From Bacteroidia bacterium (GTDB lineage Bacteria > Bacteroidota > Bacteroidia > Bacteroidales > GWA2-32-17): DNA of 64,000 bases. The notes under the pieces are model-generated. The model was given only the letters and a program-made list of their open reading frames with translations, was not told the DNA's origin and did not search any database. Shown in pieces: positions 41,037-51,094 of the stretch. How positions within the stretch are numbered: the first letter of the stretch is position 1; each line of letters opens with the position of its first letter. The position numbers and the translations under genes are program-made. The stretch lies in assembly GCA_016218155.1 (NCBI GenBank), contig JACREQ010000069.1, positions 95,311-159,310 of the forward strand. The letters are read 5' to 3'.

Positions 41037-41584
41037 ATCATTATTTACCAAATTTACTTATTGTTTGTGGCTCGGGAAGAAATACCGGAAAAACTGCACT
41101 GGTAAGCAAAATAATAAAAGTAAATAAGGAAAAAAATAAAATTGCAGCAATTAAAGTTTCGCCACATTTTCATGCCGACAAACAACCAAAAAATAAAATC
41201 TGGAATGATATTGATTGCAATATTTATCTGGAAGATGAGATAACAACTAAAGACAGTTCGGCATTCTTTCAGGCTGGAGCCAGCCCTGTTTATTATTTGG
41301 AGACAAAAGATTATAAACTTAAAGAAGCATTTGAAATTATTTTAAAACATATCGGAGATGACCGTTTAATAATTTGCGAATCGGGAGTTTTAGGAAGAAT
41401 ATTTAAACCTGGACTTTTAATTTTTATAGAATCTTCAATTAACAAAGTTCAGGATATAAATAAAATAACCAACAGAAATACTGCAGACCTTATAATTACT
41501 GTAGAAAACGGAAAACTGGAAGATGAACTTTTAAAAATAGAAAATAAAATTACAATTATTGGAAATGAATGGAAATTAGTCTAA
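41033..41584 (+). CDS. P-loop NTPase, MobB-like
   Basis: CGSGRNTGKT Walker A, IAAIK, KDS..FFQAGA, IICES; translationally coupled to mobA. Confidence 0.6.
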   Translation: MNHYLPNLLIVCGSGRNTGKTALVSKIIKVNKEKNKIAAIKVSPHFHADKQPKNKIWNDIDCNIYLEDEITTKDSSAFFQAGASPVYYLETKDYKLKEAFEIILKHIGDDRLIICESGVLGRIFKPGLLIFIESSINKVQDINKITNRNTADLIITVENGKLEDELLKIENKITIIGNEWKLV

Positions 41585-42412
41585 AATCTCTTTTCTGTTT
41601 TTTTCTACTTTTTTACTAACAAAGATGCTGATTTCAAATAGCACCCAGATTGGAAATCCTACAAGTAACATACTAAACATATCTCCCGAAGGAGTAATAA
41701 AAGCTGCTAAAATAGCAATCACAACTATTGCATGACGTCTGTATTTTCTAAGAAACGCAGATGACAACAAACCAATTTTTGTAAGAAAATATATTAATAC
41801 AGGTAGTTCAAAAACAATTCCCATTGATAAGGTAAGAATTGATAAAATTGAAATATACGATCCTATTGAAATTAAATTCTTAATATTTGAGCTTAATTCA
41901 TAGGTTGCCAGAAAATTTATTGTTAAAGGTGCTACTAGAAAATAACCAAAGAATACTCCGAATAAAAATAAAGCTGAAATGTATAAAATTATTCCCCTTG
42001 ATGATTTTAATTCCCTTTCTTTAAGAGCAGGTTTAATAAACTGCCATAATTGCCAAACAATAAAAGGAAATGCTACAATTATTCCTGAAATTATAGAAAT
42101 TAACAAATGGTAGCGAAACTGCCCACCAATTTCTGTGTTAATAAGATCTAAGGTAAAAGGCTGAAAACATAAACCATCAAAATTAAAGAAGGTACCTATT
42201 TTGCAAAATGCTTTATAAGTAATAAACTTAGTATCACTTGGTAAAAGAATAATAGTATTAAAAATAAAATCTTTATATATGAATGCAACAATTGCAAAAG
42301 CAAAAATTGCTATAACTGAGCGAAATAGATATTTCCTTAATTCATCAAGATGTCCCCAGAAGGTTGAATCGTTTTCTTTCTTTTTATAAAATCCAAATAG
42401 AAACCTAAACAT
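41576..42412 (-). CDS. tatC: Twin-arginine translocase subunit TatC
   Basis: FWGHLDELR, QLWQFIKPAL, GIVFELP, YRRHAIV, AAFITP..D. Confidence 0.95.
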   Translation of the reverse strand: MFRFLFGFYKKKENDSTFWGHLDELRKYLFRSVIAIFAFAIVAFIYKDFIFNTIILLPSDTKFITYKAFCKIGTFFNFDGLCFQPFTLDLINTEIGGQFRYHLLISIISGIIVAFPFIVWQLWQFIKPALKERELKSSRGIILYISALFLFGVFFGYFLVAPLTINFLATYELSSNIKNLISIGSYISILSILTLSMGIVFELPVLIYFLTKIGLLSSAFLRKYRRHAIVVIAILAAFITPSGDMFSMLLVGFPIWVLFEISIFVSKKVEKNRKEILD

Positions 42413-42473
42413 AAACTTGTTTTTAGTATCTTAATCTCACTATCAAGTATATATTGAAATGAGAATAAAACTT

Positions 42474-42716
42474 CTATTTGTTATTTTCAGCTGATTTTGT
42501 AGTACTACTTTTATCAGTTTTAGTAGTTTTAGTATCATTAATATCTAGTTCATCATAAACACCATCTTTAGCTTTTTTAAACTCGTTCATTCCTCTGCCT
42601 AAACCACGCATTAGCTGAGGAATTTTTGTTCCGCCGAAAAGAAGTAATACTATAATTAAAATTATTATTATTTCCTGTCCGCCAAACATGCCTAATAAAA
42701 CCTGATTTGCTATCAT
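42474..42716 (-). CDS. tatA: Twin-arginine translocase subunit TatA/E
   Basis: [38 protein letters not shown]. Confidence 0.95.
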   Translation of the reverse strand: MIANQVLLGMFGGQEIIIILIIVLLLFGGTKIPQLMRGLGRGMNEFKKAKDGVYDELDINDTKTTKTDKSSTTKSAENNK

Positions 42717-42848
42717 AACTTAAATAATTAGAATTTAATTACATGAACATAATTATATGATATTATATAATTAACAACAAAGATATTAAAAATGCTATTA
42801 ACAAATAGGTTAAAATTAATTAATTTTGAAAATATTTTATTTCTGAAA

Positions 42849-44024
42849 ATGATACTATTTGAAGATGCATTAAGAACTGTATTAGAAAAAGCTAAATGTG
42901 CTGATAAGGAGAAAGTTAAGTTATTGGATTCAACTAACCGATTTCTTGCTCAAAATATAATTGCCGATATAGATATGCCACCTTTTGATAAATCGGCAGT
43001 TGATGGTTATGCTTGTAAAATTGACGACATTCATAATAATCTTGAAGTTTTGGAAACAATTGCTGCCGGAGATGTTCCAAAAAATAACATTAAGCAGAAT
43101 CAATGTTCAAAAATAATGACAGGCGCAATGTTACCCGAAGGTGCAGATTGTGTATTAATGGTTGAACACACTCAGAAAATAGACGAGACTCACATAAAAT
43201 TAACTACAGAAAAAACAGGGATTAATATTGCATACAAGGCTGAAGATATTAAAAAAGATACAGTTTTATTAAAAGAGGGTTTACTTATACAACCGCAACA
43301 TATTGCACTAATAGCTTCTGTTGGATATTCTGAATTATTAGTTTACAAACAACCAAGAGTTGCTGTATTAACTACTGGAAGCGAACTTGTTGAACCTGAC
43401 ACTAAACCTGCATTAGGTCAAATAAGAAACAGCAATGCATGGCAGATATATTCTCAGGTTCAGAAAATAAATGCTATTCCTGTTTATTTTGGAATAATTG
43501 AAGATACTGAAGAAAAAACTGATTTGGCAATAAAAAAAGCCATTTCTGAAAATGATGTTGTAATATTAACCGGCGGAGTATCAATGGGCGACTTTGATTT
43601 TGTGCCTAAAATACTTAAACAAAATAATGTAGATTTAATTTTCGAAAAAATAAAAATCAGACCTGGAAAACCTACTGTATTTGGTGTGCATAAAGATGCA
43701 TTTGTTTTTGGTTTACCAGGTAATCCTGTATCATCATTTGTACTTTTTGAAATATTAGTTAAGCCATTTTTACAAAAAATGATGGGTTCAAATGAAGTAC
43801 AAAAAAATATTTATTTGACATTAGGTACTGACTTTAAAAGAGCAAAAGCCGATGTTATGTTATGGGTGCCATCAAAAATTAACGAAAAAGGAGAAGTCGT
43901 TCCAGTTGAATACCACCGCTCAGCCCATGTTTCATCTCTATGCAATGCCGATGTGCTTTTCCCGGTAAGTATTGGTGTATTTGAATTAAAGAAAGGGGAT
44001 ATAGTAAATGTTAGACAGATATAA
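42849..44024 (+). CDS. moeA: Molybdopterin molybdo/tungstotransferase
   Basis: PPFDKSAVDGYA, IMTGAMLPEGAD, TGSEL, IRNSN, TGGVSMGDFD, IRPGKP, GLPGNPVSS; start set at MILFEDAL. Confidence 0.95.
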   Translation: MILFEDALRTVLEKAKCADKEKVKLLDSTNRFLAQNIIADIDMPPFDKSAVDGYACKIDDIHNNLEVLETIAAGDVPKNNIKQNQCSKIMTGAMLPEGADCVLMVEHTQKIDETHIKLTTEKTGINIAYKAEDIKKDTVLLKEGLLIQPQHIALIASVGYSELLVYKQPRVAVLTTGSELVEPDTKPALGQIRNSNAWQIYSQVQKINAIPVYFGIIEDTEEKTDLAIKKAISENDVVILTGGVSMGDFDFVPKILKQNNVDLIFEKIKIRPGKPTVFGVHKDAFVFGLPGNPVSSFVLFEILVKPFLQKMMGSNEVQKNIYLTLGTDFKRAKADVMLWVPSKINEKGEVVPVEYHRSAHVSSLCNADVLFPVSIGVFELKKGDIVNVRQI

Positions 44025-44808
44025 CAGAGACATACATTATTTAAGGATTTCTGTTACCGATCGTTGCAATCTGCGATGCAAATATTGTATGCCTGAAGAC
44101 GGTGTAAAGCTTATTGACCATAAGGATATATTATCATTTGAGGAAATTTATGAGTTTACTAAAATTGCTGTAAAAAATGGCATAAATAAAGTAAGAATTA
44201 CAGGTGGTGAGCCTCTTGTAAGAAAAAATATTTTAGAACTTATAAAATTATTATCACAAATTAAGGAGCTTAATGATTTATCTCTAACAACAAACGCAAT
44301 ATTATTAAAAGATTTTGCAAAACCATTATCTGAAGCAGGTTTAAAAAGGGTAAATATTAGTCTCGACACTTTAAATCCTGAAAAATTCAAAGAAATTACA
44401 AGAGGTGGTGATATTAATAAAGTAATTGAAGGTATTGAAGCTGCAATTAATGCAGGTCTAAGACCTATTAAAATAAATTGTGTTGTTAATAAATCCCAGA
44501 ATGAACCAGATGCATTACAAGTAAAAAAGTTTTGCGAAAAACACGGTTTAATGGTTCGGTTTATTCATCAAATGAATTTAGAAACAGGTGAATTTTCTGT
44601 TGTAGAAGGTGGAACGGGAGGCGATTGTAATAATTGTAACAAATTGCGATTATCAAGTGATGGTTATTTAAGACCATGTTTGTTTAATGACATTGCATAT
44701 AATGTTAGAGAATTGGGCGCCGAAAAAGCCATAGAAATGGCTATAGGAAATAAACCCAAATGTGGCACCTACAGTTTATCTAATAAATTCAATGCAATTG
44801 GAGGATAA
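44008..44808 (+). CDS. moaA: GTP 3',8-cyclase (radical SAM), compact form
   Basis: YLRISVTDRCNLRCKYCMP, TGGEPL, CNNCNKLRL...PCLF, C-terminal IGG. Confidence 0.93.
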   Translation: MLDRYNRDIHYLRISVTDRCNLRCKYCMPEDGVKLIDHKDILSFEEIYEFTKIAVKNGINKVRITGGEPLVRKNILELIKLLSQIKELNDLSLTTNAILLKDFAKPLSEAGLKRVNISLDTLNPEKFKEITRGGDINKVIEGIEAAINAGLRPIKINCVVNKSQNEPDALQVKKFCEKHGLMVRFIHQMNLETGEFSVVEGGTGGDCNNCNKLRLSSDGYLRPCLFNDIAYNVRELGAEKAIEMAIGNKPKCGTYSLSNKFNAIGG

Positions 44809-44831
44809 AACAGAAATTAACAACTTGCACA

Positions 44832-45518
44832 ATGTTAAAAAAGATTATTAAAATAATTTCTATTTTCATTCTTTCTTTAATATTATTGCCGGCACTTTAC
44901 ATGTTAATCGCTTATATATTTTCGCATATTCAGATTGAAGCTAAAAAAGAGTCAGGTAAAACTATTTCAGTATATATTTTAACAAATGGAGTTCATACTG
45001 ACATAGTAATGCCAATAAAAAATGACCAATACGACTGGAGTAAAGAAATAAAATTTGAATACACAAAAAAGAAAGACTCTTTAATGCAGTTTATTGCAAT
45101 AGGGTGGGGCGATAAAGGGTTTTATCTTGAAACTCCAACATGGGCAGATTTAAAATTTACAACTGCATTTAATGCAGCATTTGGTTTAAGCAACTCGGCA
45201 ATACATGCAACATTTTATAAGAAAATTGAAGAATCAGAAAGTTGTATAAAAATAAATATAAGCAAAAAACAATATTTTAATTTAATAAAATATATTTTAA
45301 GAAGCCTTAAGAAAGATAAAAACGGGCATTTTATAAATATTAAGACTAATGCCAATTATGGTGATAATGATGCATTTTACGAGGCTTATGGAAGCTATTC
45401 GCTTTTGCACACCTGTAATACATGGACAAATATCAGTCTAGTTTCTTGTGGTCAGAAAGCCTGTATGTGGACGCCATTTGACAAAGGAATATTTTATCAA
45501 TATAATAAAGATAAATAG
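44832..45518 (+). CDS. TIGR02117 / DUF2459 family protein
   Basis: TNGVHTDIVMP, IGWGDKGFYLETPTWADL, FYEA.GSYS..TCNTWTN. Confidence 0.88.
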   Translation: MLKKIIKIISIFILSLILLPALYMLIAYIFSHIQIEAKKESGKTISVYILTNGVHTDIVMPIKNDQYDWSKEIKFEYTKKKDSLMQFIAIGWGDKGFYLETPTWADLKFTTAFNAAFGLSNSAIHATFYKKIEESESCIKINISKKQYFNLIKYILRSLKKDKNGHFINIKTNANYGDNDAFYEAYGSYSLLHTCNTWTNISLVSCGQKACMWTPFDKGIFYQYNKDK

Positions 45519-45609
45519 TTTGTTATAAATGTGTGTATAAAATTTTGTTTATAATTTGTTATTTAATAAATTTGAAAATCATTATAAATCTTGACACTTA
45601 TATTTATTC

Positions 45610-46104
45610 ATGCCTGATTCGTTAACAAAGAAACATATTAGTTTTCGCGACTTTATAGGATATGATGAGAATATTTTAATTTATCTTCATAATACCTTTT
45701 TGGAAGAAACTGCTATTTCAATAATTAACGAAGGATTTAAATTTATTAAATCATTAGATTATACAACAGATAATATTTCAAATATTAATGAAATTGAAGT
45801 AAATTATTTTTTAGTAAAAAGAAAATTCTACGGCAAACATACTATTGTTATTCAGATAGGAGTTGAAATCTTAAAATTTTATTCTGATTTAATTGATGCT
45901 GATGATAAAGTATTAAAAGAAATGATTTTTTCACAAATTAGTGATGAATTAAATGAAGATGACCAGAATTATAATATTTTACATAAGCAATTTATAAAAG
46001 GTTATTATAATCACGAAACAAAAGAGGGTGTTTATAGTCCCTTTTTTAATCCACATGAAAAATCAGATACTTTTCACGAAAATTTAAAGAAAAATAAACA
46101 GTAA
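45610..46104 (+). CDS. Hypothetical protein (possible ADP-ribosyltransferase-like fold)
   Basis: 164-aa ORF; IYLHNT....A.SIINEGF motif. Confidence 0.55.
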   Translation: MPDSLTKKHISFRDFIGYDENILIYLHNTFLEETAISIINEGFKFIKSLDYTTDNISNINEIEVNYFLVKRKFYGKHTIVIQIGVEILKFYSDLIDADDKVLKEMIFSQISDELNEDDQNYNILHKQFIKGYYNHETKEGVYSPFFNPHEKSDTFHENLKKNKQ

Positions 46105-46123
46105 TAGATTGGTTTATATTTTT

Positions 46124-47083
46124 GTTATAGGCTATAAATAAAATGAAAAAACTTTCACTCTTTACTGTATTAATTTGTTTGACGGGTTTGGTCAATGCAC
46201 AATTCATTATTTCTGGACAACATAGTATAAATGATTACCATTACCAATTTGTACCTGATAGTATAGTAATTAACATCCCCCAAAACCCACCGAATTATAA
46301 TCCGCAATTTTATTTGATTGATATAAATAATGATGGAATCATGGACTTCCAATTTGCACTTCGTCCTCCTACTACAGCTTTAGGTATGAATTCGGATTAT
46401 TGTACTTTAAGCGGTCTTAATAACAATAATGTTGCTTTAGGTTATTTCGATACTTGTTATACAAATACTGGCGTATATGTAAATAGGTTTGGAATAGCTC
46501 ATGAATTTAATTACAATTACTCTATAAATTCAAATGCAAATTGGGATAGTTTAGTTTACTTGAATTATTATACTGTGTATACAGGAAGTTACGGTTGTGG
46601 ATGCCCAAATTGCTCATTCACCGCTTACATTGGTGTACGTGTACAAGTAGCTTCTTCTTATAAATATGGCTGGATTAAGATTGCTGGCCTTACATTTAAT
46701 CCATGGGGCAATACAACTTTAACAATGGGGGAATTTGCTTGTGAAAATATTGGTAATGGTGTAAATATGCATACAAATAACAGAGAACTGAAATCAGTTT
46801 ATCCAAACCCTGCAAATGATAAATTGACTATTGAGTCCCTGCAAAAATCAATCATATTAATTTCAGACATGCAAGGACAAGTAATTTTAGAACAAAATTT
46901 AAAGCAAGGAATAACTGATATTAATATAAGTGGACTTTCAAAAGGAATTTACATTTTAAAACAAGTTGGAAATAATAAAACCGAGGTGACAAGAATTATT
47001 AAAGAGTAAAATTTACAGCCTATAACACCACCTACGAATACAACGTGCAGCAATGTGCAACTTGACAACTTTAACATTAAATA
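46124..47083 (+). mobile_element. Solitary gene cassette with truncated attC-like site
   Basis: GTTATAGGCTATAAAT (46124-46139) and ATTTACAGCCTATAAC (47011-47026) are 15/16 inverted repeats around one gene; 47018-47083 matches an arm of repeat B. Confidence 0.7.
46143..47009 (+). CDS. T9SS cargo protein of unknown function (cassette gene)
   Basis: Signal peptide, DINNDGIMDF, YIGVR...YGWIKI; VYPNPA...LSKGIYIL...RIIKE. Confidence 0.85.
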   Translation: MKKLSLFTVLICLTGLVNAQFIISGQHSINDYHYQFVPDSIVINIPQNPPNYNPQFYLIDINNDGIMDFQFALRPPTTALGMNSDYCTLSGLNNNNVALGYFDTCYTNTGVYVNRFGIAHEFNYNYSINSNANWDSLVYLNYYTVYTGSYGCGCPNCSFTAYIGVRVQVASSYKYGWIKIAGLTFNPWGNTTLTMGEFACENIGNGVNMHTNNRELKSVYPNPANDKLTIESLQKSIILISDMQGQVILEQNLKQGITDINISGLSKGIYILKQVGNNKTEVTRIIKE

Positions 47084-47500
47084 CTATTCTCCAATAATTT
47101 TCACCAATAATCTTTTTCTACGCTTTCCGTCAAATTCTCCGTAAAAAATTTGTTCCCAAGGACCAAAGTCTAGTTTACCATTTGTTATAGCTACAACAAC
47201 TTCGCGACCCATAATTGTACGTTTTAAATGAGCATCTGCATTGTCCTCAAAACCATTGTGTTTGTATTGCGAATATGGCTTTTCGGGTGCAAGTTTTTCG
47301 AGCCACACTTCAAAATCATGATGTAAGCCAGATTCATCATCGTTTATAAAAACACTTGCAGTTATATGCATAGCATTTACCAGGCATAGTCCTTCTTTAA
47401 TACCACTATCAATCAAACACTGATTTACAAAAGGAGTTATATTAATTAACTCACGTCGGCTTTTAATATCGAACCAAAGTTCTTTACGGTAGGATTTCAT
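47084..47500 (-). CDS. yjbQ: YjbQ / UPF0047 family protein
   Basis: [37 protein letters not shown]. Confidence 0.92.
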   Translation of the reverse strand: MKSYRKELWFDIKSRRELINITPFVNQCLIDSGIKEGLCLVNAMHITASVFINDDESGLHHDFEVWLEKLAPEKPYSQYKHNGFEDNADAHLKRTIMGREVVVAITNGKLDFGPWEQIFYGEFDGKRRKRLLVKIIGE

Positions 47501-47548
47501 ATTTTTTTTGACACTAATTTAGTAATAATTTCAGTAAATACTTTTTAT

Positions 47549-47629
47549 TGTCATCCAGAGCAAAGCGAAGGATCTGGTTCGTATCTATATTCTTCACCAC
47601 TCCGCCCAAACTAGGACATTCAGAATGAA
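47549..47629 (+). repeat. REP-like palindromic element, copy 3, with degenerate inverted partner
   Basis: TGTCATCCAGAGCAAAGCGAAGGATCTGGTTCG then ATTCTTCAC...TTCAGAATGA (reverse complement of copy 1 with an insertion). Confidence 0.65.
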
Positions 47630-47640
47630 GAAGTGAAAAG

Positions 47641-48435
47641 CTATACTAAAACCCAATTATTTATAAAAGCAGCAAATTCTGCCCTTTGTTTTATATCTAA
47701 AAATGGATAAGTAACTTTTGAAAGATACAACCCTTGCGGAAAAGCAAGTTTATGTTCAGTCTCAATTTCTCTGGAAATTAAATAATTTTCAAACTCAGCT
47801 ATACTCAAATTTCCCTTACCAATATCAAGTAACATTCTAACAATAATTCTTACCATTCCTCTTAAAAACCGGTTAGATGAAATCTGAAATCTAATTTTAT
47901 CTTCATTTTCAGAAACAAATAAATTTGCAGAAGTAATGTTACAAAGGGTTGTAGTTCCTTTATCAGGAGTTAAGCAAAGTGCTCTGAAGTCTGTATATTT
48001 TTTAAGCAAATTTGCAGCAACTTGCATTTTTGATAAATCCAGACTTCTTTCAATATAAAGTGAAGAAAGCTCATTAAGGAATGGATCTTTATATGTATGA
48101 ATAAAATAATCGTAAGTTCTGCTTATTGCATCAAATTGTGCATGCGAGTTTTCTTTAACTTCAATTATGTCAAAAACGGCAATATCTCTAGGTAACATTA
48201 TATTTAAACGAGCCAATAAATCAAAATCCCATTTCTCCGAAACATCAATATGAAAGAAATATTGACTTGCATGTACTTCTGCATCTGTTCTTCCACAACC
48301 AATACAAGTTATTTGACTTTTAAGAACCAGACTTAAATTCTCTTCAAATACTTGTTGTATGCTATTAGCATTTATTTGTCTTTGCCAGCCACGATAATGA
48401 GTGCCGTTATAACCGATATGAAAAAAATATCTCAA
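47641..48435 (-). CDS. truA: tRNA pseudouridine(38-40) synthase
   Basis: YNGTHYRGWQRQ, GCGRTDAEVHA, SNRFLRGMVR, PQGLYL..V.YP; TTG start. Confidence 0.93.
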   Translation of the reverse strand: MRYFFHIGYNGTHYRGWQRQINANSIQQVFEENLSLVLKSQITCIGCGRTDAEVHASQYFFHIDVSEKWDFDLLARLNIMLPRDIAVFDIIEVKENSHAQFDAISRTYDYFIHTYKDPFLNELSSLYIERSLDLSKMQVAANLLKKYTDFRALCLTPDKGTTTLCNITSANLFVSENEDKIRFQISSNRFLRGMVRIIVRMLLDIGKGNLSIAEFENYLISREIETEHKLAFPQGLYLSKVTYPFLDIKQRAEFAAFINNWVLV

Positions 48436-48436
48436 C

Positions 48437-49276
48437 TTAAATACTTACTTTATTTTTCAACTCTTCCGGTAATGCAAAAAGTGATTTAATTCCTTTTGAT
48501 GTTGAATTCTTAAGTTCGTTGAAGAGATATTTGCCTATTAACTTTGGCACAAATAAAGGGCTCTCGACATTACCTGTTGTTTTTTCAACTTCCTTAATCA
48601 AATCAGCCAGAGCACTACGAATTTCTTCAGGAACAGATGGGTCCTGACTTGCTTTTTTGAGTTTAACCAGACCTTTCTGATAATCTCCTGAATCTATGTC
48701 ACCAATTGCATCCACAAGAATATAAGGCCAATTTACACCTGTAAGCTGACCAATTCCGGCAAAGTGAAAACGTGCCATATCAAAGTTTCTGTCATAAATG
48801 GAAACAACACCTGCAAGTAAATGGATAACTAGCATTTGAGTGTAAGCCTGATTCTGGTCTCCATCTTTTCCAAACTGCTTCATTCCAATAGTTGATTCTT
48901 CTTTTGCAATTTGTTTCCAACCCTTCTCATACATTCCAATAGATAATAAAATATGAGCAAGAGCTACAGCATTCTCGTCCTTACTGTTTTCTATAACAAT
49001 GTTTGATTCGGCAAAAGAAAAATTACTTTTTTGAGCAATTGACCACGAATAACCCAGCAATAACCGCATGTAATCTGAGCTTATTTTTTCAGAATCACTG
49101 GCAGTAGTATTATAAACAATTATTGCAGGACCAATAACAGATCCACTTAGAGTTTTATAGGTTTTGTAACTAAACCCATCTATTTCATCTTCATATAATT
49201 CTCTTTCTGTTGGCGAACCACACGAAACAAAAAGTAGAATCAAAGCAGTTATCCCAAAAGCAAACAGTTGTTTCAT
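48437..49276 (-). CDS. Hypothetical helical lipoprotein
   Basis: MKQLFAFGITALILLFVSC lipobox; TPR-like helices. Confidence 0.65.
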   Translation of the reverse strand: MKQLFAFGITALILLFVSCGSPTERELYEDEIDGFSYKTYKTLSGSVIGPAIIVYNTTASDSEKISSDYMRLLLGYSWSIAQKSNFSFAESNIVIENSKDENAVALAHILLSIGMYEKGWKQIAKEESTIGMKQFGKDGDQNQAYTQMLVIHLLAGVVSIYDRNFDMARFHFAGIGQLTGVNWPYILVDAIGDIDSGDYQKGLVKLKKASQDPSVPEEIRSALADLIKEVEKTTGNVESPLFVPKLIGKYLFNELKNSTSKGIKSLFALPEELKNKVSI

Positions 49277-49349
49277 AGCCGATTTTATAAAATTAAATCT
49301 ATTACAAAATAACAATATAAACTAATAAGGAATAAATGCTTAATATTCC

Positions 49350-51089
49350 TTACTGTAATTTTAAAGATTCAATAATCTTTTCGATTTTTGTATCGAGTTT
49401 TTTATTTACTTCATCAAATTTAGCAGGTGAGGAGAGAGGTTCTTTTACCCCAAAATAAAATTTAATTTTAGGTTCAGTTCCCGAAGGACGAATAGAAACA
49501 ACGGAACCATCTGCTGTAATAAATTGCAAAACATCTGATTTTGGTTGATCTATTGATTTTTTTGAATTATTTGTAAAATCATGATCAATCTGTAAAAGAT
49601 AATCTTTCATACAGCTAACCTTAGAACCAGCTATTTCCATTGGTGGGTTCTGACGAAAAGTTTTCATCATCTTTTTAATTTCCTCTTGACCTTCGCTACC
49701 TTTTTTTGTTATTGACAATAAAGATTCTTTATAAAATCCATATTTACAATAAATATCAATAAGTAAACTGTACAATGTTTTTCCATTATCCTTAGCCCAA
49801 GCAGCACATTCGGCAATCATAGCACAAGCAGATACAGCATCTTTATCTCTTACATAATCTCCAACTAAAAAACCGTAGCTTTCTTCACCACCACAGATAT
49901 ATTTCTTTTTACCTTCGTTTTCACGAATAACCTCTGCAATATATTTAAATCCAGTAAGTACATCAAAATATTCTACATTAAAATCATTTGCAATTGAAGC
50001 AAGTAATTCTGTTGTAACGATTGTTTTAACAATATACTCATTACCTCTTAATAAATGATTTTCTTTATATTTTGAAAGCATGTAGAATGTCAATAATGAT
50101 GCTGTTTGGTTTCCATTAAGCAAAATATGCTCACCATTAAAGTTTTTAACTGCAACGCCAACTCTGTCGGCATCCGGATCAGTAGCAAGGATAAGGTCAG
50201 CATTAATTTTTGCAGCCATTTCCAAAGCTAAATTCAGTGCAGCTTTTTCCTCAGGATTCGGACTTTTTACTGTTGGGAAATCACCATCAGGTTTAGATTG
50301 TTCTTTTAATATATTAACATTGGTAAAACCTATTTTACTTAATGCTAATGGAACCAGATTTACACCCGAACCATGAATAGGAGTGTAAACAATATTAAGA
50401 TTATGATTATTCTTTATAGATTCTGGAGAAAGCGATGTTTTAACAATTTCATCTATATAAAGTTCATCAAATTCTTTACCTAACATTGTAATAGAACCAT
50501 CAACAACTTTATTTTTTACATCGCTAAACGATTTAATAGCAATAACTTCAGTTATAACATTTTTATCGTGAGGAGGTACAAGTTGTCCGCCATCTGTCCA
50601 GTAAGCCTTGTAACCATTATATTCTTTAGGATTATGTGAGGCTGTTATAACAACACCACCAATACATTGTAATTTTCTTACAGCGTATGATAATTCTGGA
50701 GTTGGTCTTAACGATTCAAATAAAAATACTTTAAAACCGTTAGCAGAAAATACATTAGCAGTGGCTTCTGCAAAGATTTTACTATTATTTCTGCTATCAT
50801 AAGCAATTGCTACTTTAAGATCCTTTTGTTTTGGGAAAGCTTTATTAATATGATTACTAAAGCCCTGTGTTGCCATCTGTACAGTATAAATATTCATTCT
50901 GTTTGTGCCAACACCCATAATTCCACGTAGGCCACCTGTTCCAAATTCCAAATCATCTGCAAAAGCTTCAGTTAATTCTTTAGGATTGTTTAAAAGCTCT
51001 TTTACACTTTTACACGTTTCGGCATCAAAGCCAGTTTCTAACCATTTCTCAGCTTTCTGGGTAGCTCTTTCAAGTCTATTATCAGTCAT
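49350..51089 (-). CDS. pgm: Phosphoglucomutase/phosphomannomutase
   Basis: FGTGGLRG, ITASHNP, DPDADR, GEES, RPSGTEPKIK. Confidence 0.93.
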   Translation of the reverse strand: MTDNRLERATQKAEKWLETGFDAETCKSVKELLNNPKELTEAFADDLEFGTGGLRGIMGVGTNRMNIYTVQMATQGFSNHINKAFPKQKDLKVAIAYDSRNNSKIFAEATANVFSANGFKVFLFESLRPTPELSYAVRKLQCIGGVVITASHNPKEYNGYKAYWTDGGQLVPPHDKNVITEVIAIKSFSDVKNKVVDGSITMLGKEFDELYIDEIVKTSLSPESIKNNHNLNIVYTPIHGSGVNLVPLALSKIGFTNVNILKEQSKPDGDFPTVKSPNPEEKAALNLALEMAAKINADLILATDPDADRVGVAVKNFNGEHILLNGNQTASLLTFYMLSKYKENHLLRGNEYIVKTIVTTELLASIANDFNVEYFDVLTGFKYIAEVIRENEGKKKYICGGEESYGFLVGDYVRDKDAVSACAMIAECAAWAKDNGKTLYSLLIDIYCKYGFYKESLLSITKKGSEGQEEIKKMMKTFRQNPPMEIAGSKVSCMKDYLLQIDHDFTNNSKKSIDQPKSDVLQFITADGSVVSIRPSGTEPKIKFYFGVKEPLSSPAKFDEVNKKLDTKIEKIIESLKLQ

Positions 51090-51094
51090 ATACT

